Positions 11,001 to 23,132 of a stretch of DNA of 64,000 nucleotides are shown here, one piece after another; position 1 is the first letter of the stretch, and each line of letters begins with the position of its first letter. The DNA comes from Lama guanicoe (taxonomy: Eukaryota). The position numbers and the translations under genes were made by a program. The notes under the pieces are model-generated. The model was given only the letters and a program-made list of their open reading frames with translations. It made no database searches and was not told the origin of the DNA. The DNA is taken from NCBI GenBank assembly GCA_013239625.1, contig MU053504.1, positions 2,116,607 to 2,180,606 of the forward strand, read 5' to 3'.

Positions 11001-13476
11001 TCTTTCAATTTTTCTCTAGTGGACATGAATGGATTTTGCAATGGGAGGCGGGAAGCTATTTTTGAAAGTTTGGGTTCATTCTGTTTATTCCCTTGGGAAA
11101 GTTGTCAGCTGCAGGAGAAAGAGCAAGGGTTTTAGACTTGGGCAGAAATGGGCATGAATCTGGGCCCCTCCTCAAGGTGGTCTCAATAAACTGGATGCCA
11201 CTCCCCTCCCCCCACCATGCCCTTCAAGGCTCAACTCTGAAGCCCTGGTTTATTATACAACTTGAGGGCCTCACTCCCTGTTTTCCCCCCAATCCATCCC
11301 CTCCAGAGACTTCCTCCTCCCCCTCCCCCAAATGGATATGGGACCAAAACAGTATCCCAGCACTTGGAAGAGCCACACCAGAAGCTGGATGAGATGTGGC
11401 CACTAGGAGAGAGGGAGGGAAAACATGACAGTGATAAATACTCCTGCAAAGAGCTTAAATCAGTGTGGCAAAGAAGGGCACATAAAGTCACACCCAGATA
11501 TCAGTGTTAATTAGCCTCACACCTGTGTGACATATAGACATCCTTCCATTTCCAACCCTATGGGAATGTGAATTATCTCTACTTCAGAGAAGAGGAAACT
11601 CAGGTAAACTTCCCAAAGTTACAGACCCAGAACAGCAGGCCTGGACCTGAACCAGGCCTGCGACACCACAGCCCTGACACCTGCCTTCCTATTGCCATTG
11701 TCAGAGTGATGCCGTGGATGGTAACAGCAGCTCCACTCCCACTCAAGTAACGGTCTAAGTGCACTCATCTCATAGCAATCTCACACTTCCCATTTTACAG
11801 ATGGAAAAATCAAGGCCCAGGGAAAGACAAAGATACGTCTATGGCACCAACTTAGAGGAAATAGCACAGGCCCAGGAAGCCAGGTAGGGCCAGGGAGGAG
11901 GAGGGGGAATGAGGCTGATGACGGGGGCTGGTGTGCACATACCTTGACCAGAAAGCTGCTGTCGCTCTCCTGGGTGACCATGACCACGGAGTCATGCAGC
12001 TTCTCATCAAAGTGGACGTGGCTCTGGGAGCCTTCTGCATCATGGCCTGTCGCAAAGCGGATACTCCGAACTCTGGGCTTGTTGCCTACAAAGAAAGCAG
12101 GAGAGGGCTCCAGAACTGTGGCCTTCGCTGAGTCCCAGGAAACTAGTCCACTGTGTACCCTCAACCCCTGGCCCCTGTGACTGCCCTTCACATCACCCAG
12201 CATCCACTGCTGGGCTAGGCCACATCCTTCCGGACAGTGGACATCATGCAGCTCCAGGCTCCCACCTGCCCCTACCTGCTCAGTCTCCCCACAGAAAATG
12301 CTCATCCCGAGAGTGGGTGTGGGGGCATTCAGGGGTTAGCTAATAGGACCTTTCACTTAGAAGGGATGAGGCCGACACCAGGGACAGGAAAGGACAGTCC
12401 TCCCAATTCTCACCAGGCACCAGGCAGTGCAGGACTCAGCCCCAGTCCTCGGGACACCCTGCCTGCTGCTCTCCTCCACAGTGCCAAGCTCCCTGCTCTG
12501 GGGCCTCCTCTTCCAGGTCTGTCAGTGCCTGAGGCCCCCTGCCTGCCCCTCCTGCTGATCCCAACCTGGGAGGGGAGGAGGGCAGGGACAGGAACGGGCT
12601 CTCTGGGACCTGCCTGGGGGTGGGAGAAACAAGGGGGTCAAAAGCCACACTCAGCCCTCCTGGGAGAGGCTGCAGCTGCCTATATACCTCATCACTGATC
12701 ACTGGCAGGTAAGAAGGAAGAACCCAGGGGAACCTCCGGGACCCCTCCCAGAGACACCTTTCCCTCCTCTGCTTAACCCTCCACTAAGCCCTCAGCTGTC
12801 CCCAGCTGGGACGGGTTCTCCAAGGCCAGGAAGTCAGGGAGTTCAGGCAGGCAGAGTAGTGGGAGCTGGACTGAGGGCCTGGCCCAGGGGAGGGTAGCTC
12901 AGTCTAACTGAGCTAAAAGAAGCCCATCTTGCCCAGAGCACGATCCCAGTCCTCTCTGACTTCTGATGGGCCCTGTGACTGCCGGGGTTCTCACATACTC
13001 AGTGGAGGCCCAGGGGGCCAGCCTGGCACTTCCACATTCCCTGCTGAGCCCCCGAGACTCAGCCCTCATATCCTCAGGGTTCCCTTGCCTAAAACCCTCT
13101 ATGAGCCCTTCTGGACTCTGAATGAAACCAAAAGTCCTGTCCACAGCCTCCTGTGGCCCTGCCCACCTACCCGCTTTAGTGCTCATAACAAGCACCTAGT
13201 GCTCCCCAACCCTGACAGTGGAACTTGGGAGCATTGGAGACACACCTCCCTAGACTAGCACACCAAGGAGCCCGCGGAGGTCCCCAAGTTCCCTGCTAGG
13301 GCTTAGGTGTTCCCAGCACAAACACTGGTGTGATTACTGATGTAATTCGTACTCACACTCAGACAGGCACACACAGAGCCAATGCATTCAACAATGCCCG
13401 CTTCCACCAGGGTCTGCTGGAAGACTGCAAACCCCGCCAGGCCAGGCAGGCACTCACCCTTGTTGGCTGCAGCCAT
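8050..13476 (-). CDS. ADISSP: Adipose-secreted signaling protein (C20orf27), 174 aa
   Basis: Coding exons (minus): 13476-13458, 12085-11943, 9537-9399, 8515-8393, 8150-8050 = 525 nt. Translation MAAANKGNKPRVRSIRF...HVHFDEKLHDSVVMV...GYSVKCEYSAHKEGVLKEE...DWHGFD*. All junctions are GT-AG. Confidence 0.95.
10620..11040 (+). mobile_element. Old L1 3' end fragment
   Basis: AT-rich island with L1 3' UTR-like motifs (atatttataacagt, ataatggaatac, attaactgtggttatttctg). Confidence 0.5.
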
Positions 13477-15084
13477 GGACGCCCTCCCTGCCATGGGGTG
13501 AGACACGCAGCTCCTGCCAGACACCACCGCTCAAGCTCAGCAGCCTGCCATGCTCCAGGGACACCAGCAAGAGCCTGATGGGGGAAAGCGGGGAGGGCAG
13601 GGGTCAGGGCCACTGATGGGTCTATGACTGGGTGAGAGCAGAGGTTTCCCTTTAGGAAGGACCCAAGCAAACCCCTGCTGCGCTCAGTAGCCCAAGTGGT
13701 GCCTACGCCCCTTAGCACAGGGGGCTTCTGCTCCCTACTCCTCCACCCACTCCTCACATTCACCAAGAGTCCTCACCCCTACCTTATACCCTACTGACCC
13801 AGGGCCCAGCCAGCATGTACTGAACTCAAGCTTCTGGGTGCCAAAGCACCAGCACAGGACTCTTCTGCCCAGACCACTTGAGGCTTGTGGGAAGGGGCAG
13901 CCTACAAAGGAAGGAGACTTCTTTGGTGCTTTCCAGGGGCCAGTTCTGTTGCTGGTGACTCCAGGGGCTGGCCCAGCCCAGACACACAGGCTGTACCGTC
14001 CCACATCCAGAGGCCACAACATGCAGGTTGCACAAGTGGGTTCAGGTCAGAGTTAACAGTATGCTTGGAGGGGGACAAAAATCAGGGCCCACATAATATA
14101 ATGTCCTTAGAGCCTTCCCTCCTGGCAATTGGTCAGGGTCATGTACAGAACAGACAGCCCTGGAGGGGCTGTCCCCCATTGAAACCCACCATTCAGACTC
14201 CAGTCTGATTTCCTGGTGGCCTCCCAGCTCAGCAACCCAAGGGCAGCCTCAGGGAAGAGGCAGTGGGAGGTGCCCCCAGGAAGCCTGTGTGAGCAGCCTG
14301 GCCTCTGATAGGCTGAGATGAGACAGTCTCAGCATTAAAAAGAATAATGAGTGTAACTGATGGAAACAGATGGAATTATATAAAACCAGAGCATTCATAG
14401 AGATTGCGAAAAAAGAAGAGAGAAAGCAAAACAAACAAACCTAAACCTTCATTTGTCACTACTGATGGTGGCAATGCCCTAGCTCTCTATTCTGAAAATT
14501 GGCAATAAAGAGAAGTAATTCAGCCTGTCTCTTGGCCTTTCCTGTAACCAAATTGCCCTGGTGGTTAAAGGGAAGCTCTTCTTTCACAAAGAAATGACCA
14601 AATGCTAAATAATTCTGTAACCTCCAAAAAACAAATGCAGGAAGCAACACCAATCAGTGAGTGCTAAACCAGGAGGGCAAAGTTGAAGTGGATGCTCACA
14701 GATGTGCAAGTGCCACTGTCAGATTACCTGAGGTTAAAGGGAATGACACAAGTTTGCAGTGGAGGGATGTGACGTCAGCCGGCTCAGTTCACAGCAGGAC
14801 TGCCAGACACACTGATGCCTCCTGATGTGAGGCAGCACGGAGTCACAGCGTCACTGACAAGGGAGTCCTGCCCCAAATGTCTAACCTGCATCGAACAAGC
14901 CCCTAGACCTCCAACTTCCAGCTTACTGCAAACACAGAGGCCAGTGGAACAAATTAACTGATCCCATGAGAAGGCAAGGAGACAAATGCAGAAGGCACGC
15001 TTATTCTACAGGACAACTGACCTAGTTTTTTTTTTTTTTTCTCAATCTGCAAGAAGAAAAATAAAGGAGGGAAGTTGTTCTAGA

Positions 15085-15281
15085 TAGAGGATGGGCAAAC
15101 TACAGCCGGTGGGAGGGCCACCACTGTTTTTTTGTAAAGTTTTACTGGCACACAGTGGTGCTCATTTGTTTATGTGTTGTCTAAAACTGCTTTTGCACTA
15201 AAGCAAAACTACTTTGAGTAGTTGCCACAGAGGCCACATAGCCTGCAAAGTCTAAAATATTTACTATCTGGCCCTTTGCTG
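15085..15281 (+). mobile_element. MER58A-like hAT-Charlie MITE
   Basis: ggcaaactacagcc...gttttactggcacacag...cctgcaaagtctaaaatatttactatctggcccttt; imperfect 8-bp flanks GTTCTAGA/GCTCTAAA. Confidence 0.65.
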
Positions 15282-18200
15282 CTCTAAATTAACACACAAA
15301 GAGACCAAGAAGGCAGGGTGCTCTATGGGACGGCTGACCTGGTTTTTTCCACCAGGTCAGTTGAAAGAAGAAAAATAAATGGGCTAGGGGGTTTCTAACT
15401 ACCTATAAAAAGAGACATTTGGGGGATAGTTGGGAAATGTGAGTGAGTGGGACTGGATCTTAGATGACATTAAGAAACAAAAGCTGATCTAGTTAGGTGA
15501 GATAATGGAATTGGATTATATAGAGAAGTAGGTCCTTATTTGCCAGAGATACACATTGAAGTATTTAGAGATGAGTAACCCATGGCTAGTCCAGGGAATG
15601 AAAAGAAACCACAGGGTGGCCTCAGATTTGGGGCTGGGCCTGTGGAGGGCATGACCTCAAGGTCCTTTAGGCAGCGGGCTGCCCTGGAAGTAGGCCTCTT
15701 CTCCCTCCCCATTTCCCAACGCGAGAAGCCCACCTGGGCCCAAGTCCAGCCTCAAGTGCAGGGTGAACAGCTTTGGTACCATGAGCCCCAGGTAGAAGGG
15801 AGCCTCAGGAGGTACAAGGAAGGGCAAGGCTTTCAGGAATGCAGGAGTGGCCAGGGCAGGAGTAGCCCCAGGCCAGCACGCTGGGTTCAGTCCCAGAGGG
15901 GCAGCCTTTTTAGCCCCGCATGCTCAGCTGCTCCCCAGAGAGCCTGGCCCCACCCCACCCACTCCAGCCACGCCCTGAAGCTGTGGGCTCAGTGCAAGGG
16001 ATCAGAACCTCTTCCTACCTTGTGCAGGGGCTGCTCCAGCCACACCTCCGCAGCCATGGGGAGTGACAAGATCGCCCCAGTTCCCACGACAGTTCCTGGA
16101 GGCCCCGGGTAAAACTCAAACAATGGCTGGTGAGCAAAGGCTCCTAGGACTCTTCAGAAAACACTCTTCACTTCGTAAAACCCCAGTATATGAAGGTTTG
16201 CCTCCCCCTCTTCCTCCCCAGGCCACTGCCTATTGCCTGACTGCCTGCCTTCTAAACCTCAGTCCCTCATCCACACCTTCGCCTGGGTCTCAGCCCTAGA
16301 GGACCTTTTTCAAGGTAGCACAACCCAACCCCACCCCCACCCATCTGAGCATAGGCCTGAAAATCTTCAAAACGATCCCCTTTCTCATTTCTGGTATCAT
16401 TTGATATCTCTGTTCCCCACCTTACAAGGGCAGTGACTGTTTTTGTCAAACACTGTGTCCCCAGCACCCAGCCCAGCTGTATTCAGTTTATGTTTGTTAA
16501 ATGAATCAATGACCAAACTAAGAGGAGCCCAAGCATGGGCCTCGGCTGGGCCCTCTAGGCAGATGTGGCACATCAGGGCCAGTGACTTCCCCGGAGGCTC
16601 TCAGGAAGAGGAACTCCCCACCCTGCTCTCTTAGCCAACCCCTGCCTGGAGGGTACTCCCCTCCCCCCATTTCATAGACTGGGGCCTACTACTGGGCAAT
16701 CTTCTAGCCTTGCCACAATCAGTTGTTACCTGTCCCCCTGCCCCAACCTGAAAATGGGAAGTCCACCGAATGCAGGACCCGTATCACTTGCACTGCCCAG
16801 AGCTCAGGACAGAGCAAGCACTCAGGCACTGCCTGCAACCCTTGGGCAGTGAGAACACAGAGCAGGGATGCAAGTGACTTCAGGGGCCCAGAGCAGGCTG
16901 GAAAAAGCTCCTTTCATAGCCAAAAGCCCTGCTGGGCACTGCGCCTGTGAGCCTATCATCCACATACAATTCTTCATCAGAATAGGAAGGAGAGGGCGTT
17001 GGGCCTCCTCCTGCTGCAGGTGTGTCCATCAGGAACTACTAGGTCCCCTTGAAACCCCAGGCCTCCTCCTGTGCCAGCCAAGTCTTGAGGGTGGCCCAAG
17101 CAGCACAGCCCCTGAGAGGCAGCACGGGCGTGGAAAGGAGCCCAGAATTTCTGGTGCAAATGCAGGCTGCATGGAAAAGTTACTTCATGTCCCTGTGCCT
17201 CAGTTTCCTCATCCGCAGCACAGGCATAAGCAGTGGCCTCTTCCCCAGTGGGTTTGCTGCAGCTGGTGCCTGAAGCTCTGTGACAACACTCCCCACTCCA
17301 CCCCAACCTTTGCAAAGCAAATCCCCCAAAGGACTGGCTTCCAGCAATTTCAGCATTAAAGAGGCACTTCAGGCCAATCCTAGAACAGCCTAGAATGGCC
17401 CTCGGGGTGGGCCCCAGGGACTTCAGCCTTCTCAGAAAACAGCTCAAGGGTTGAGGGGTCTCCCCCTCCCTTCCCTCATCCTGCCTTCCCCTCCCCCACT
17501 CCCAGGCCAGCCAGGTCCCCAGGGATTGTCAGAGAGCAGACTGCTGGAAGCCCGCTGTACCCCCTCAACCAGAAGAACTCATAAAGAAGATGTAAAGATG
17601 TACAACCTGGGAAATGCCCCCACCTGGCCAAAAAATAAAATACACCCCCTCCCCTAGATGGCTGTCAACAGGTCAGGGGCAGTACCATGGCCAGTCACAG
17701 GACAGAGAGGGCTGGAAAGCTGAAACAAGGGGCTTGGGGGAGTTTTTCGGCTCTCAGTTACTCTGACAGAAATTGGGAGAAACGTCTCTTTGAGAAACAG
17801 AGAGTTGCTAGCTCAGGTCCCCCTCGTCTTTAGAGAGAAAGGCTGCTTTGAGGTTATCCTACCCCGGGCAGGCGTCAGCCAGACCCAGTGGAGCCTCTGG
17901 CACAAGGAGCAAGCGCAGGGACATGACAGATAGGCAGATGGACAATTACATGGGAACCCAGAGTTCTCAGCTCCTTATATTCCTGCCCTGCAGGGTGCTA
18001 ACTACTACTCCAGGATGTCACATGCTGGAGCCCAGGGCTCCAGACTCAGAGGAAGGCTAAAGACAGTCTGTCCATGGCAGAGTGGAGCTCCAGAATCTGC
18101 CACCCTCATGCCCTCCACCCCACAGCTTACCCCCACACCACCTCTCTGCCCCAGAGGCAGCCTCCAAATCCCAGGCATCACAGGGCCAGCCCCAGCTTGT

Positions 18201-19599
18201 CCTCTGCTTTGTGACTAGGGGCATGCTTCTTGGGGCTTTGTTTCTCATTCATCCCTCAATCCCCATTGTCAACCTGTTCAAGGACTTTCTGAGCCAGGAA
18301 TTCTATAACCTTCCATCCTCCCTCTCCCAGCTCAGGGCTCAGTCCTGGCTTAAGCACTCAGTCCCAGAGAAGCCTCTCATGAAAGCTCAAGCATGTAAAA
18401 AGAGCACCCATCGAGGCCACCCTAACCTGCTGACTCCAGAACCTGACATAGGAGTGGGCACACAGTGGGGTGGACCACAAACCTAGAACAAGGCCTGGAA
18501 AGGCAAGGCTGGAGGTCAGGAGTGGTTGTGACAGTTTTACATCAATTCAGTATGGCTGTGACTCCATTTCCTCCTCCCTCCAGCAGGGCAAAGTTGTAAA
18601 GATAAATATTGGTGTTTTCTCTCTCAGAAACAGGTGGAGCAGGAGTGAACTGGGGAAGAGACCCCCACCATCCCACACCCTCTTGTCTCCCCAAGAAGTG
18701 CTGCCCTCCTCTCCGAAGCACCTCCTCCCCATACCCCTTCATGCCCCTAGCTATAGGGTGCTTAGACATCTCTGGCCTCCAGGCTGCTGCCCCACCCAGG
18801 CCCCAAGAAGTAGAGGCCAGGCCAGGTCCAGGGGACGACAGCTGCTCTTGACCTTCTTCAGCTCCCCGGGCAGAGAAATGCCCTACCAGCACTTCCCAAG
18901 CCAAGATTCAAGAGGAAAGGCAACCCAAGGCCTCCCTTCTCAGTCCACCAGGGTCACTGCCCACTAACAGGAACACTGGTCCAGACCCTAAACAGAACCA
19001 CCCTGCTCTGTAACAACGAGGAGGTGGTGGCCAAGCTCCTGGAAGCACCAGGGGCCCAGAGTATAGGAACCTGTATCCTCTCCCGCCTCCATCCCTGTGG
19101 GTGTGGCGCCCCCATGCCCACCTCATCCTCATCTTGTAAGGGGACAGATGCGTTTGTACGCCCCACCATTGCACCCCTTCCGGGCTGCGAGGCGGCAGTT
19201 CTGTTCCCCAGAGATAATCCTGTGCCGTCCCCACCCTCACCTCTGCTGACGCAGTAGTCTCCGGAGTTCGTACTCCCCGACATCACCGCCCTCCTCCCTG
19301 AGGGTGCCGAGCCACGCGAGGTTCAGAGAGGCTACTCGTCCAAGGTCACACAGCGAGGTGGTGACAATAGCAGTGGGAGGGGGGGAGTTGCTGACGGCGC
19401 TGACCCCGTTAGGCCCCCGCCCTTACTGTGTCACACGTGCCCCTGCAGCGCCCCGCGAAAAACACTCCAGCTCCACCAGCTAACGGTCACTGCAGCGCTG
19501 GGGCCTGACATCTCCCCAGTTCAGGTACCAGGGAGCCCTCCATGGCCCAGCTCCGACATAGGAGGCCTCAAGCCCCAGCCCGATAGGGTCCCAGGCACC

Positions 19600-20100
19600 G
19601 ACTACCTAGAACAGCGGCTCCACCACGAGGAGATCTCCGCGATCTGGGCGGAACCGGGAGGTGGCAGAAGGGAGAGCAGTCTCACCGTGTGGGGAGTACC
19701 CCGAGGACGAGCCAGGCAGGGACGACCGCGGCAGCGGTGGCGGCGAAGGCGGCAGCAGTGGCGGCGAAGGCAGCAGCGGTGGCGGTCGAGGCGGCAGCGG
19801 GGGCTCAACGCCGAACACGAGGAGGAAGCCCCGCGCCGCCGCCTACCGCCTCAAGGGCACACCCCCACCTCCTCCCATTGGAGGACTGGGGGGGTGGGGC
19901 GAGGCCTCCTATGGCCAATAAGCGGGCCCTAGTGAACCGCCAACGGGCGATGCACCACTGTGTCACCTGCAGGAGGCCCTGCGGCTGCGCCTTAAGAGCC
20001 CACACCCCAGGGCCCGTCGAGTTCTCGCGATGAAGTCAGCCAGGCAGCCCGATGTGGCCAGGGGCCAGAATCCCACAAAAGCAAGAGAAAGAGGAAGAAC
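19600..20100 (-). promoter_or_regulatory. CpG island; probable ADISSP promoter and non-coding exon 1 (donor at 19686/19685)
   Basis: Very GC/CpG rich. Minus-strand donor G|GTGAG (plus CTCAC 19681-19685). CCAAT motifs near 19877 (ATTGG) and 19914. Confidence 0.7.
19730..19800. repeat. 21-bp GC-rich tandem repeat, about 3.4 copies
   Basis: GGCAGCGGTGGCGGCGAAGGC / GGCAGCAGTGGCGGCGAAGGC / AGCAGCGGTGGCGGTCGAGGC / GGCAGCGG. Confidence 0.85.
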
Positions 20101-21300
20101 CTTGAACAGGCCTTGACCGCGTCCACTTTCAGCCTCGGAGTTTGCACCTCCCGTCTCCGCCCAACTTGGAAGGGGCATCCCCTGGGCTCGACGCCCTCAT
20201 AAGGTGGGGCTCAGGGCTAGGTAGAGCAACTGACCCTCTCCTCTCTTCCTTGGCTTCCTGGCCCGCACTGGCAGTCGTTACGAGTATCGCTCAGTCCTCT
20301 CCAGGACCCGAGGAACGCTACATCCTTCCCGCTTGGCGATCCCCAAGTTTCGGCATCTTCCCCTTCCGTCCCATGCCCCTGCCTCGGAGGAAGCTCTTCC
20401 TCACGGACCTGAGATGCGTCCAGGGAGCCCGGGCAGCCCGGATAAGCATCAGAACAAAAAAGGCACGCAGGGTGGGTGGGGAGAACCATGCAGGCGCCCC
20501 CCGGGGACCGCAGCCTCTGCTCCCCGTCTCCATGGAGGCGGTCGCCATGGCAGAGGGATGCGCCTAACAGCGTTACGGAGTGGGATGTGGGCGCCTGCAC
20601 AGAGCCTGGGAGCGAAAAACGTGGCCCTTGGGTGTTTAAGGGTTCTATCCGCTGCTCCGCCTGCTGGTCCTTTAAAAAAAAAAAAAACCCTCCCCATCTC
20701 GCTAGCTGGAACAGGTCCCTCAAGTACCTGCGGGGAATGGTCCGGAGCATGGCTCCGTCCTTCCAACGTTAACTAGGGGAGAAGATAGTATGGGGGACTG
20801 AGGGCCAGCTTCCTTTCAGAAAGACCGGGGAGGCAGGTTTTGGGGACCCCCCAAGGCTCCTACCCTCCGCTGGATCCCTGGTGGCCCCTAACTTCTGGTC
20901 TCTGGTCTACACACTGTTGGCAAATTAACCTTCCTGAGCTGTTGTTTCTATCTCAACCTCCCCTGCTCCAAAGCGCTCCGTGATCTGGGACTGTCTCCAG
21001 CAAAGCCTCAAACTTTTCAGCATCATTTTGTGATGGGTGCACACTCTAGCGTTTGAGATACTATCCTCCATCGCACGTGGTCATTGGGAGATTTACACAT
21101 TCTGATCCCAGCACATCCACTGTTGCCAAATGCTTTCTCACTACCCAACCCCACCATTCCATGCACCCCACTATGCCTCCCCCACAGCTGTATTCCCATG
21201 TCTATTCTATTCAAGGTCTAAAGTTGGCACACAGTGTGCCCAAAGTAGGCTACAGATGTATTTTGTTTAGCCCACATGGGGCTCTTAAAAATTCTAATTC

Positions 21301-21407
21301 ATGAGGGGTGGCTGTAGCTCAGTGGTAGAGTGCATGCTTAACACGCACAAGGTCCTGGGTTTAATCCCCAGTAAGTTAAAGCAAACGCACACCAGGCAAC
21401 ACAAAAC
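21301..21407 (+). mobile_element. tRNA-derived SINE (camelid Vic-1-like)
   Basis: A box TAGCTCAGTGG, B-box-like GGTTTAATCCC, A-rich tail, 14-bp TSD AAAAATTCTAATTC at 21287-21300 and 21408-21421. Confidence 0.85.
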
Positions 21408-22614
21408 AAAAATTCTAATTCTTCTTACTCCTTCACTTCCTCATCCTCTTATTCCTCTTTTGAAGTATCAGAAGATCTAACAACATGGACTGAATTCCAG
21501 TCTAGTATCAAAGGCTGGCACATCAATTTACGATAGTCCTCACCAATCCCTGTTTTCTCACATTTATTTTACCTTCTTAGTCTATGCAGACATTTGATAC
21601 CCTCCTTATGCTACCTCCCCACTTAGAATGCCCTTCCCAGTCTCCTTCCCTAGGCAAAACTCACTCTTTCTTCTGGGGCAGGTTAAGGCCTGCCTTTTTT
21701 ATGTCTTTCTAGCCACCTTCTGGTATGGGCTCTTTCAAACACATGGACTAGCTACTAACTGTGCACTGCCTGGGGCCAACTCCTTTCAATAAATATTTAC
21801 TAAGTATATATGATGAGGAAGTTACCGTGCTAGGCTCTGGAGTTAAAGGCACTCCAGACAGTTTAGGGTGAGACATACACCACACAAAAAGAACTGTGGT
21901 CTCCTTTGCCTGCCAAACCCTCCCCACACTCCCAGGCACTGGACTGTCTGGCTGACTGGCCAACTGGGAGGACCTGCCATACAGAGCTTTCCATGCCCCT
22001 GAGGATACTACAGGCTCCCAGGGAAGGCCCCAAAGCCATAGTATAAGTGCAGATGGTTCCAGAAGCCTCCAGGAGGAAATGAGACTTTTCAGGACAGGAG
22101 GAAGTCAGGCTAGGAGGTACATGGCTGCCATCGAATCCCAATAGGCCTGTGTAGCAAGAAGGGTGGGGGAGCTGACATCAGGCCCTGGGACTTCCTGTGC
22201 AAATGGATCTACCAGAGCCAGACGACTGAGGGAAGCCACAGGCTCAGTGGAGATGGGTGATATGTGGAGGAAATATGAGCAACTCCAGATTAGGAGAACA
22301 GATTGAGCATATGTTAAGCATCCACTCCAAACTCATGGTTTTCTGGACTCCATTCTCTTTAACAAAAATTAAAGAACTATAACCTCTTGGAAAACTGCTT
22401 GGCAATATCTAACAAAGCTGATAAATTCCAACCCTGTGACCCCAAAATTTCACTCTTACTTATGCACCAAAAGACATGCATATGACATGCACTATTTGTA
22501 ATAGCCCCAAACTGGAAACAACCCAAGTGTCCAACACTAGAATGAATAAGCTCTCTGCTTTCTCGGAAGTAACAACTATCTTAGGTTTTATCCTTTCATT
22601 GTATTTTCATCCTC

Positions 22615-23132
22615 ATGGCTGTTAGCTTCTAAAATGGCTCCTGGTGATCCCTGCCTCCTGGTATTCACACTCATGAGTACCTCTCCCTTTGAACATGGGC
22701 TGACTTACTTTTAATAAATGGAATACCATAAATGTGGATTATCACTCCTGTGATTATATTAGATAAGATTGTAACTTCGATCTTGTTGGTTTAATGAAAC
22801 TAGCTGCTATACTGGAGATGGCCACAATGTGGCAAGGAAATGAGGGCAGCCACCAGCCAATAACCAGCAAAAGCTAAAGACCCCAGTTCAACAGCCACAA
22901 AGAACTTAACTATCAATAGCCAAATGAACTTGGAAGTCAGTCCTTCCCCAGTCAGGCTTTCAGATGAGACCATAGCTTTGCCCAACACTGACTGCATCCT
23001 TGTGAGAAACCCTGAAGCAGAGGACCCAGCTAAGCCATGTTTGGACTCAACCCACAGAAAATATGAAATGTGTGCTGTTTCAAGCCACTAAGTTTGTGGT
23101 AATTTGTTACACAGTAATAGATAACTAATACA
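22615..23132 (+). mobile_element. MaLR solo LTR (MLT1D/E-like)
   Basis: Characteristic gatccctgcctcctggtattcac start and tttcaagccactaagtttgtggtaatttgttacacagtaatagataactaatac end. Confidence 0.7.

Noticed and set aside
13488..13494. Upstream in-frame ATG (MAGRASMAAANK) for ADISSP
   Set aside because: It lies immediately before the likely acceptor CAG (13490-13488), so it is probably intronic.
21305..21373. tRNA-like sequences here and at 60580-60657, 61680-61770, 61990-62060 and 63135-63193
   Set aside because: A-rich tails, target-site duplications and degenerate stems mark them as SINEs, not tRNA genes.
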